From NCBI RefSeq assembly GCF_000143415.4, contig NW_003314339.1, positions 365,751-429,750 on the forward strand: a stretch of 64,000 nt of DNA. The letters are read 5' to 3'. Position 1 is the first letter of the stretch; each line of letters starts with the position of its first letter. The stretch is from Selaginella moellendorffii (Eukaryota > Plantae > Lycopodiophyta). The translations under genes were made by a program, and so were the position numbers. The notes below the pieces were generated by a model. The model had not been told where the DNA came from. It saw only the letters and a program-made list of their open reading frames with translations, and did not search any database. This document shows positions 12,170 to 22,627 of this stretch, piece by piece.

Positions 12170-12224
12170 GTTAAGCGTCCTTGGGTTTGAATAGTATTAG
12201 GCTGGGTGACATCCCAGGAAGTCC
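12170..12224 (+). promoter_or_regulatory. 5S rRNA-derived Pol III internal promoter region (A-box/IE/C-box) in TRIM LTR; second copy 12575-12629
   Basis: gttaagcgtccttgggtttgaatagtattaggctgggtgacatcccaggaagtcc aligns without gaps to the recalled plant 5S segment GTTAAGCGTGCTTGGGCGAGAGTAGTACTAGGATGGGTGACCTCCTGGGAAGTCC. Confidence 0.85.
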
Positions 12225-13353
12225 AAATTCAGGAGCTTATATTTGGTATCAGAGTAGTCTCAAGTCCAACTCTGTTGGTTGGCTAGGGGAATCACACCAC
12301 ATGTTGATTGACATCTAGCTAGTCTAGTTTGCTCCCACTGGGCTCGACCCGAGGGGTAGGGTGTCAAGAGAGCGGGGCTCGAGAGAGAGCTGCAGCTCTC
12401 AGCTTCCGTTCACGAGGGCGTGAATTTGAAGGGAATCCAAGCGTGGTGGATTGTAAGCAACTAAAAGGAACGACTTGAGAGACGATCCATAGGGGTTCAA
12501 ATATAGAAGGAAAGGGCCCATAAACAAAAGTGCACCCCCTTTTCCAATCGGTTAAGGGTATTGGGATAGTTGGGGTTAAGCGTCTTTAGGTTTAAATAGT
12601 ATTGGGCTGAGTGACATCTCGGGAAATCCAAATTCAGGAACTTACACTAGCCTTTTTGGGCCAAAGTGGCCTTTCCTAGCCAAACTAGCTCCACTGGGAT
12701 CCAACCCCCACACTCTCTTTACTATACTTTTGGGAAAATATTCCCTCCACTACTTAATGGGAAAGTCAAATTTTGCCAACCCCCTGCAGCCCCCCCCCCC
12801 CCCCGGGGGGACAATTGCTTTGGGCTTTCACCCAACAGCCTGTATTAGTATTTGGACTTAGACTCGGACTCGGACTCGGACTCGGTTTCAATCTCGGCCT
12901 CAGTCTCGGTCTTGGTCTCGGTTCCATCTTGGACTCCATCCCAAGTCCACCTTAGACTCCATCTCGGGTCCATCTTGGATTCCATCTCAGATCCATCTCA
13001 AACTCCATCTCAGACTCCATTTCGGGTCCATCTCAGACTTCATCTCGGGTCCATCTCAAACTCCATCTCAGGTCCAGCTTGGGGGTCCATCTTAGGTCCA
13101 GCTTGGGGGTCCATCTTGGACTCTATCTTGGACTCCATCTTGGGTCCTCTTGTGTCTCTTTTCTAAAGACTCACTTATTAGTCATTTCATGTTTGTTCCT
13201 CAAGCACTTCATTGGGAGTTCCATTCCCACTCTCAACCTTTCAAGTCAGAGCTTTTAGTCCAAACGTGTTACACTTGTTTGGCTTTTGCTTTGGCCACCA
13301 CCATGTGGTGCCCTTTCGGCTCCACTTTGGGGCTTAGGGATTTGTGTCTCACA

Positions 13354-14864
13354 TTTCACTCACAACTTTCATAAATCTTATATAGAACTTAGGGACATAC
13401 TAGTCTCATAAATGGCATCTATACCACTTAGCTTTTGCACTTGGTCGAGGTGCTCTATATGACCAATCCTATGACCGACACCTAAAGGTACCACTGACAA
13501 ATCCATTTGTTACGCTAAGGCCATGCTCATTCACACTTGTCACATCAATACTCCAAAACCATACAGTCCCATCTCTCAAAGACAAGGCCATCTGTTTATG
13601 AGTGGTCATCCCTTGACCATACCTTCACACCCTTATGATGCATAAAGACATGGGGAACACTCTTCCCCAATGTCCCTTTTACTGTCCCGATCCCATTGTC
13701 CTCTAGGACTTCTTCACATTATGACCGATCCTTGGTCACTACACTAAAGGATTACTCCTCTTCTTTTCCATAGTCTAGGACTTTAGGACGACATTTCAAA
13801 ACACTGTGGCCCTATGCAAGTTTCGTGGGTACTCTCCCCACCTTTCGCCTCTAGGTGCCCTAGCCATGTGGCTAGAGCAAGGTTCTGATGAGCCACACTA
13901 ATCCAAGTAGGTAGTGCCACCTACACTTGAATTGGGAGCATTGACCATTCAATCTCCCAGGGGAGCTCAAGTCAACTCTTGAACAATTCACTAAGCTACC
14001 TATTTGTCTGTCTATATTCGCTTTAGCCTTGGAATCCTTAGTGGATATATCATCACTCAACACATGGGTATAACCTTCCTTGGTCACACTAGCCTTTTTG
14101 GCCAAATTGGCTCCACTGAAGTCCTCCCTCTATTATACTTTTGGAGCTCACTAAACCCCCAAGGGTCTGGAAGACAATCGCTTTGGGCTTTCACCCTCGG
14201 ACTTGGACTCAAACTCAAACTTGGTCTCGGACTTGGTCTCGGACTTGGTTTCGAACTTGGTCTTGGGACTCAGTCTCGGTCTTGGACTCAGTCTCAGTCT
14301 CAGTCTCTTTCTCAACCTCGACTTCGGTCTCGGTCTTGGTCTCTTTCTCGGCCTCGGCCTCAGACTCCATCTCAAGTCCATCTTGGACTCAACCTCAAAC
14401 TCTATCTTGGGTCCATCTTGGACTCCATCTCAAACTCCATTTCGGACTGCATCTCAAGTCCATCTCAAACTCCATCTCGGGTCCATCTCGAACTCTATCG
14501 TGCACTACATCTCGGATCCATTTCAAACTCCATCTTGTGCTACATCTCAAGTTCATCTCAGACTCCATCTCACACTCCATCTCAAGTCCATCTCAAACTC
14601 TTTCCTAGACTCCTCCTCGGATTCCATCTCGACACTTCTATCTATTATGTGTTGGTCCTCTTGCATCCCTTTTCTAGAGACTCACTTATTGCTCGCTTCA
14701 TGGTCATTCCTCAAGCCCTTTGTTGGGAGTCCCACTCCCACTCTCGACTCTTCAAGTCGGAGCTTATAGACCAAATATGTTATGCTCGTTTGGCTTCCAC
14801 TTCAGCCACTACCACGTGGCACCCTTTCAGCTCCACTTTGGGGCTTAGGGTTTTGTGTCTCACA
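13354..14864 (-). mobile_element. Inverted family-1 LTR, cut near its 3' end by the adjacent copy
   Basis: Ends ttttgtgtctcaca at 14864. At 13354 it resumes with the reverse complement of the LTR's ggttgtgagtga region. Confidence 0.8.
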
Positions 14865-16024
14865 CACTACTTTATATCATTGAGCAAATATTATATATTA
14901 CAATTATAAGGAAATTTGCCATTATAACAATAAATGCCAGCAATAGAGAGTAGTGAATTCAATTGTTTAGTTCACTTGTAAACAAGATAGACATTATTTC
15001 TCAAATTACCCATAGAATTAGCAAAGGTCTCAACAAAAATAAAATGCTTAAGAAAAAAATGAAAAACAATATAACACCCAAGTGAATTAATATAAGTTAA
15101 AAATATTATGTATTTTATTATGAGACAAACACTATTGTTTGATTTATAAACAACCCATATTTCTTTCAACATGCAGCTTATTTAGGTGGGATTATATGAT
15201 ATGAGTTATTTTTAGCAAAAAATGTCATATTCAAAATTGAAATATGTATATATATACTTTATATCAAAAGTTACCTATTGGTAAAGTCATTTTGAATATT
15301 CTTTCCTTACTACCACAATAGCAAAAGATTGGTATTGCTAATTTGATTCAAGTGTTAGTAAATTAGGCTTAACATCTGTACTTAGTTAGATGCTCCTTAC
15401 TAGAATGAGCATAATTACCACTTTAATTTTTACCACTATCTTTTCTCTATGATTTAATATTTGAATCAAAGTTAAAAAAAAATCAAATTCTTTTCCTCAT
15501 CTTCCACCACTTTTTATAAAATGATTTGTTATAATTTTCATATTTAAGCATACCCTCCAATGTTGGAAAGATTTTTTCTTTATATATTTTTCTTATGTAA
15601 CATATCCATTTAACAATGGTCATTTAAATTTACCACTTTTACTACATCAATATTCTTGCTCTATTTGTCAGCTATAGAAATCACTAGCCAATTGTAACAC
15701 ATCCTATCTCTCTCACCTTAAAACAACTGAAAAAGGAGCAATTACTTAATAAAAGAGCCTTTAATGGCTATTTTATCCAAAGTTTAAGCCAACCCGAAAA
15801 AAGGTAATTGTTTGATGAGAAAGCTCTTAATGATTATTTTACCCCCATTTATCTTCTAAAGTTTTAAGGGTTCACAGTGATAGTATATTTAAATCTCATT
15901 CCATGATCACATGTGTTACACCAATCTTAGAATTTTATTCCTACATCCTAAGCTAACTAATATTTGATATTAATGCTTTTTCTTATCCTAATACATAACA
16001 TCATGCCCCTATTATCCTAGTCTG

Positions 16025-16621
16025 TATGAAACACAAATCCCTGAGCCCTAAAATAGAGCCAAAAAAGTGCCATATGGTAATGGTCGAAACGGAAGTTTAA
16101 CAAGTGTAACATGTTTAGACCAAAGGCTCTTACTTGGAAAGTCAAGAGTGGGAGTGAAACTCCAAATGAAGTGCTCAAGGGATGAGCATGAAATAATCGG
16201 TGAATGAGTCTTTAAAAAGGGACACAAGAATGATTAGCATATATCAAGTGTTGTGACACATGGAAGTGTCAAAAACAAGTCTAAGAAAGAGTCCAAGATA
16301 GAGTCTAGGAAGGAGTCTGAGATGAAGTCAAAATGGAGTTTGATATAAACCTAATATATACTTGAGATAGAATCTGAGATGGACCTGAGATAGAGTCCGA
16401 GATGGAGTCCGAGATGCACCCAAGATGGAGTCTAAAATTGGCCCAAGATGGAGTTCGAGATGGACCCAAGATGGAATCCAAGATGGACCCAAAATGAAGT
16501 CCGAGATATACCTGAGATGGAGTTTGAGGTCGAGTCTGAGATGGATCCAAGATAGTTTCCGAGGTCAAAACTGAGACCGAGACCGAGACCGAGACTGAGA
16601 CCAAGACCGAGACCGAGACTA

Positions 16622-16655
<34 letters not shown>

Positions 16656-19189
16656 TGAGATCGAGACTAAGACCGAAATTGAGTCTGAGTCCAAGTCTAT
16701 GTCTGAATCCGAGGGTGAAAGCCCAAAGCGATTGTCTCCCAAACCCTGAGGGGTTTGGTGAGCTCCAAAACTATAGTAGGGGGAGAACTCCAATGGAGCC
16801 AGTTTAGCCAGGAAAGGTTAGTGTGACCAAGGAAGGCTATACCCATTTGTTAGGTGATGATATATCCACTGAGGAGTCCAAGGCTAGAGTGAATACAGAT
16901 AGACAAGCAAGGTAACTTTGTGAAGTGTTCAAAAGCTGACTTTAGCTCCTTTGGGAGATCAAATGGTCAATGCTCCCAATTCAAGTGTCAGTGGCACTAC
17001 CTACTTGGATAACTGGCATGGCTCATAAGAACCTCACTTTAGCCACATGGTTAGGACACCTAAAGGTGGAATGTGGGGAGTGTACCCACAAAACTTGCAT
17101 AGAGTTACGGTGTTTCAAAATGTTGTCCCAAAGTCCCAAACTATGGAAAGGAAGAGGATTTTATGTAGAGACCAAGGATACAGTCATGTGATGAGGAGGT
17201 CCTAGGTGTCAATGGGAATTAGTAGTCAAGCATTTGAGCCTGGACCCAGTGGCAGTGTTGGCAACCATTACCAGAGACAAAGAGGGACTTGGCAAGGACT
17301 AAAGAAAGGATATTGGGGAAAGGTGTTCCCTATCACTCATGGATGGATGGCCCAATCTTTAAAAGACAGGACTGTGATGTAAATGGTTTTGGATCACCAA
17401 TGTGACAAAGGTGATGTGAGATACAAAATCCCTAGGCCCCAAAGTGGAGCCGGAAGGGTGTTATGTGGTAATGGCTGAAGCGAAAACCAAACGAGTGTAA
17501 CACATTTGGACTAAAAACTCTGACTTGAAAGGTCGAGAGCAGGAATGGAACTCCAAACGAAGTGCTCAAGGAACAAGCACGAAGCAAGCAATAAGTGAGT
17601 CTTTAGAAAAGGGACACAAGAGGACCAACACATAACATGTGGCAGAGTCCGAGATGGACCCGAGATGGAGTCCGAGATGGACCCAAGAAGGACCCGAGAT
17701 GGAGTCCAAGATGGAGTCTGAGATGGAGTCCGAGATGGACCTGAGATGGAGTCCGAGATGGAGTCCGAGATGGAATCTGAGATGAAGTCCAAGAAGGACC
17801 CGAGATGGAGTTCAAGGTCAAGATAGGGACCGAGACCGAGACTGAGATAGGGACCGAGACCGAGACCGAGATCAGGACCGAGACCAAGACCGAGGCTGAA
17901 GCCGAGACCGAGCCCGAGTCCAAATCCGAGTCCGAGTCCGAGTCCGAGTCCGAGTCTGAGTTCGAGTCTGAAAGGGTGAAAGCCCAAAGCATTCATCTCC
18001 CAGACCCTAGGAGGTTTGGTGAGCTCCAAAAGTATAGTAAGGGGGAGGACTGCAGTGGAGCCAGTTTGGCCAGGAAAGGCCAATTTGGCCCAGGAAGCCT
18101 AGGTGATGAGCTGCCCACTGGGAAGTCCAAGACTAGAGTGAACACACACCGACAAGCGGGGTAGCTTGGTGATGTGTTCAAGAGCCGGCTCTAGTTCCCC
18201 CGAGAGATCGACTGGCTGATGCTCCCAGTCCAAGTGTAGGTGGCACTACCTACTTAGATACCTGGTGTGGCTCAATGGAACCTCACTCTAAGCCCATGGC
18301 TAGAGCACCCAAAGGCAGAAGGTGGGGAGAGTACCCATGAGGATCGCATAAGGCCACAGTGTTCCGAAATGTTATCCCAAAGTCCTAAATGGTGAAAAGG
18401 AGGAAAAGCAATCCTCTAGTGCAGTGACCAAAGATACGGTCACATGGTGAGGAAATCCCAAAGGACAATGGGACTTAGAGGTCGGGCCTGCGGGCCTCGA
18501 TCCAGTGGTAGTGTTGGCAAACATAGCCATGGACAGAAAGGGACTTGGTAGGGACTAGAAAAGAGATGTTGGGGAAAGCTATTCCCCATGTTTGTGGGCA
18601 TCCTAAGGATGTTAAGGAGTGGATCTGAGATGATCACTCATGGATGGATGGCCTAATCTTTGAGAGATAGGACTGCGATGCAGGTGGTGTCGGACCACCA
18701 ACGTGACCAAGGTAAATGGGCATGGCCTTAGCATAACAGGCTGAGAGGTCAGTGGTACCTTGGGGTGTCGGTCATGGGATCATACATGTGGAGCACTTGT
18801 ATCAAGTGCAAAGGTTGAGCCATTCTCGGGGATAACAAGCCTTAAGTCTTGAATGGGACTTATGGAGGTTGTGAATGAGACTCTTCCAAATGGTCAGAAG
18901 TGTGGTTAAGTGACTAAAGTAAAATGGAAAATTTAATTGCTTACAGGTGAGTGAGCATAGCTTTAGTGTAATGAGAATATGTCGGTGGTACATTTGGGTG
19001 TTAATCATAGAATTGAACATGTGGAGCACTTCAATCAAGTGCAAAATCTAAGTGGTATAGATATCATTCATGGGGTTAACAAGTCCTTAAGTCCAGAATA
19101 AACTTATGGAGGTTGTGAATGAAATTTCTTCAAGTGGTCGAAGGTATAGTTAATTGACTAAAGTAGAATGAAGAATTTAGTGGCTTACA
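16025..19189 (+). mobile_element. Older solo family-1 LTR (16025-17414 plus 18951-19189) hosting a younger solo LTR
   Basis: Starts TATGAAACAC (decayed TGTGAGACAC) and ends GCTTACA. Flanks gtctg/atttg differ by two transitions, consistent with an eroded TSD. Confidence 0.8.
17415..18945 (+). mobile_element. Solo family-1 LTR with perfect 5-bp TSD
   Basis: TGTGAGATAC...GCTTACA flanked by GGTGA at 17410-17414 and 18946-18950. Confidence 0.92.
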
Positions 19190-19785
19190 ATTTGATGTAT
19201 AACATCATGCCCTGATGCATCATCATGCATTATATATTAATCTCATTTTAGTTCTATTAACTATTTATAAATACTATTTAGATCTGTATCTACAAGATAT
19301 AAAGTGTCATGAACACCATAGTGTTATTCCTATGTAATTTAACACCATTCTAATATTATAACCATACTTTTTATAAATATAATATTGCTTTTGGTTAGAA
19401 GCCATGGGTTGCTTATCTATATCAAACACTTCATCTTCTTCAGCATCTTGGAAGACTTTATCTAAATTTATTTAATACCTATTGTGGGATTTTCTCAAAA
19501 TAGCTTATCATAATAGTATTTTCTATAATGGAATACATACATTTGATCACCTATAATAATTTAATGCTCATTTTCATAAATAACACTATTGTAATTTTGA
19601 GATTAATTTCATAAGATTTCCAATCTAAATTATACCATCAGATTCTTGGTGAATCAACTTATAACCTATTCTATTTTCCTTTCCATCTTTCCTAGTTATA
19701 GCTTTATAAAGGAAACACTTGTATAAATACAAAGTAATAATGGTATGTAAAAAGCTCCCAAAGGTTTATATTGATTGTCAAATTG

Positions 19786-19980
19786 GGGTCTTGGTTGCTG
19801 CAAATGCTGGAGATGCTCAAGTTGTGATCACAAAAGGCTGTAAAGCAGTTGATCAATGGGTTTTGTTCATTGCTGTAAAGGTTGGCATTGTTTTTCTCCA
19901 CTCTACTGACATACAGGTTGCAATATGTAACTTGCTCTTGCTTTCTTGTGCATTTGGCAATGCTTTTCCGAAGGAATGAG
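19786..19980 (+). pseudogene. Decayed genomic fragment of the PP2C gene at 28055-29672 (inverted)
   Basis: VLVAANAGDAQVVITKG versus VLVAANVGDARVVVSKG. Keeps intron-edge sequences gttttgttcattgctg and actgacatacag, plus the LLSLSRAFGDAF exon remnant. Confidence 0.8.
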
Positions 19981-20479
19981 CTTTTTTTTTTCTTTTTCAG
20001 GTGCTTAAGGCTTTTTTTTCTGATTAAATAGCTATACATTCGACCATGTTTTCTTCTCTTTTGGGACATTGAGCAGTGCTCTCCCATGCAGAAAAACTAT
20101 CACAACATTTGGGACGGCTGGAGTCCTGAAGCTTTGTGTTTCCAAGTTTGGAGTCCATCAAGACTTAGCTTTGATCATCCCCACCATTTATGAGTTACCA
20201 TTATGATTTTCCTTAGTAAAGCTAATGTACCATCATTTATATTGTGGAAGTGTTTCCTTTATAAAGCCACACACTTTAATAAGTGGAGCTAGATTATACT
20301 TTCCAAATTCCCTATACCATACTCTAGGACATGAAATCTTTCAACAACTAGCAACAGTGGCAAGTTTGATCAATTGGAGCATGGAGGAAAAATATTTCTT
20401 TGAGTGCTTGGAGTGTTGAGTGTGGTAGTTTTTTTGTGAGCAAGTGGATTTGGTTGTAACCATAATAAGTTATTAGCCT

Positions 20480-20950
20480 CATCGATTTCTTACATTTTTA
20501 ATATGCACTAAATTTTTAGCATTACAATGGTTTATTGTGCTTGATTTGTTGTGCAAAACACTTTTCATTACCTTAACTATGGAAAGATTAACTTGAGCAT
20601 CTAAAAGCCAATCAAAATCTAACTTCTTCACTATAGCTAGATGCTTTAAATTAAAACCTTGTTGATATGTTAAAAAATCTAACACAAAGTTGAAATTTAC
20701 TCAACACAAGAAATTGCATATGTGGTGTTAACCTAGACTTTGCAATGTCTATATTGCACACACCAATGCATGCTATATGTAAAAAAATGTATTCAAAATA
20801 TTATTTTATAAATCTAATATTTTTATATATGTATTTGTTTTCATGTATTTTACATGCTTTCATAATTTTTTGTTACCCACCTTATGTACACCTGCTTTCA
20901 AAATTGCCATCATAAATTACTTGCTTCATTTGTATGGTTATTATTATCTT
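20480..20950. repeat. AT-rich dispersed repeat, diverged copy near 26480-26930
   Basis: Shared segments such as atcgatt(t)cttacatttttaatatg, aatgcatgc...aaaaaaa and aaaattgccatca. Limits approximate. Confidence 0.6.
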
Positions 20951-21021
20951 TCCCTAAATTATCTATCTTGCTTTGGGTTATTATATTGAAGTAGTAGGTA
21001 AAACCTTTACTAAATTTGTGG

Positions 21022-22274
21022 TGATTGGGTCTCTGGCTGTGGATTTGAACTGCCAATATATTTTTTTATTCTAGCCACCATCCAAATCGGACACTAATTA
21101 CTTCTTAACATATATCCATAGCTCTCACTCATTTCTAAGCCCGTGGGAATGTTTTATAAGGCTGTCATCCTTTCTGCAGTTGTCAAGCTCAAGAAAGAAA
21201 CCATTATGGAATGAAGATTTTACCACTGAATCCTTGGGATAACCTAGCTTTTCTTCTTTTGAGAAACAAGGTTTGCTGCAACAGAAATCAATATCAGCAT
21301 CCAACAACTGAATGTCCGAAGATGGCTTGTTTGAGCATTGAAGATTAAATTGATCCAGGCACGCTCTTGATTAGCAGCAAAGTTAAGAGTCCAAGGCTGG
21401 AGGTACTTCTCTGTTCTTTCAATCCTGGGGAGCTTGAGATTTCATCAAGGGACTTTCTTGTCGTGTTCTATCCAAGTTTGATGCTTGTTCCTAGCAGCAA
21501 CAAGACCAAACATTTGAAAAAACATGAAATTTCAAGTCACACCCTGTGTGAAGAAGAGGGGGCAATGCATGGAAAGTACTTGGGGCCAAAAGGTGGCTGT
21601 CCTTCACAAGAGTATTTAGAGCAAAAAGGGCAAAAGATGAACTGTGGGAAAGCAATGCTTTCACTGCAACGTATATCCCTTGTGCCCCGCTGATCAATCC
21701 AAAAGCCACAACGCTGGTAGTAGTGCAGCAGCTCCTCCTTTTGCTCTCTCCCCTACGCTCCTCAACGATGTCTTCGCTGCGACCATGAAGCTGTGAACTT
21801 TGCTACCAACTCGAACGATGTTACTGATCCCTGGAACTTTTCTCACTCGCCTCAACCTCATCAGGTTCCAGATCATTGAGACCCTGTCCCACCTCCCAAT
21901 GTGTAATCGACAGAGTACATGTTTGAGAGACCACTAGTGTAGCAGGGCTCCAGTGCTCTCAAAGATCTTTGCTGCGACTCTCTCAGCACAATCAGCCATG
22001 GAGGAGGCAAGCTCCCATCCAGATCACGACATCTGGAAGGAATGGCATTGAGTTTGACGAGCTCCTCCGCACTCAAAGTTCTCCTGGATCGACCCAGGAC
22101 GTCGATCATGCAGAAATATAGAGTGCCCTCTCCTCGCCACCATCCCAAAGTATTGGTTGATCAAGACCAAGTGTTCCCAGCTCGGCATGGCTGCACGAAG
22201 TTAAAACGCTCTGGAACATCAACTCGTCCGGCTTGACACCCTCAAGATTCATAAGCTGGAAGACTTCCACTGCT
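21022..22274. repeat. Block B, copy 2 (includes PPR pseudogene fragment 21870-22274, minus strand)
   Basis: Colinear with 4429-5727. Confidence 0.9.
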
Positions 22275-22627
22275 TGATCCAAGATCTTGTTTGGCTGGCT
22301 GAGATTGGAGCTCCTCACCTCCACGTCCCAGTTGAGCACGCGGAAAACCTCCCCTTTGCTGTCCATCTCCTCCAGACCCAGCCACCGGTACGACTGTGGC
22401 AGAACTTGAGAGATCTCGCACACAATCTCGTCAGCTTGAGCTCGAGGGAGGTGACGATCAATGTAGAGCTCTTCTTCTTCTTGCGTGATCAGGTCCTGGC
22501 AATTTTGCTCTTTGTCGATGGAGACGACGTTTGAATCGCTCATGTCCAGATGGTAGCGAAAGGCAAGCATGAATTTGTGGCACAAAAGTCCACGTCGATC
22601 CTACCTCTACAAATCTCGGACAGCTTT

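Larger units (their letters stand above)
11566..12646 (+). mobile_element. Cassandra-type TRIM (non-autonomous LTR retrotransposon with 5S rRNA-derived LTR domain)
   Basis: 5' LTR 11566-12241 (TGTAAGCAAC...CTTATA). PBS TGGTATCAGAG 12244-12254. About 210 bp internal domain with PPT. 3' LTR 12452-12646 (TGTAAGCAAC...CTTACA). Perfect CTAGC TSD. 5S-like segment in both LTRs. Confidence 0.88.
11380..13353 (-). mobile_element. Inverted, truncated family-1 LTR, interrupted by the Cassandra TRIM
   Basis: Ends gatttgtgtctcaca at 13353, the reverse complement of the LTR start. LTR sequence continues across the TRIM insertion (11561-11565 / 12647-12651). Confidence 0.8.

Noticed and set aside
12170-12224. 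Functional 5S rRNA gene
   Set aside because: Only about 55 of about 120 nt are present, without the 5' half or terminator, and they lie inside paired LTRs.
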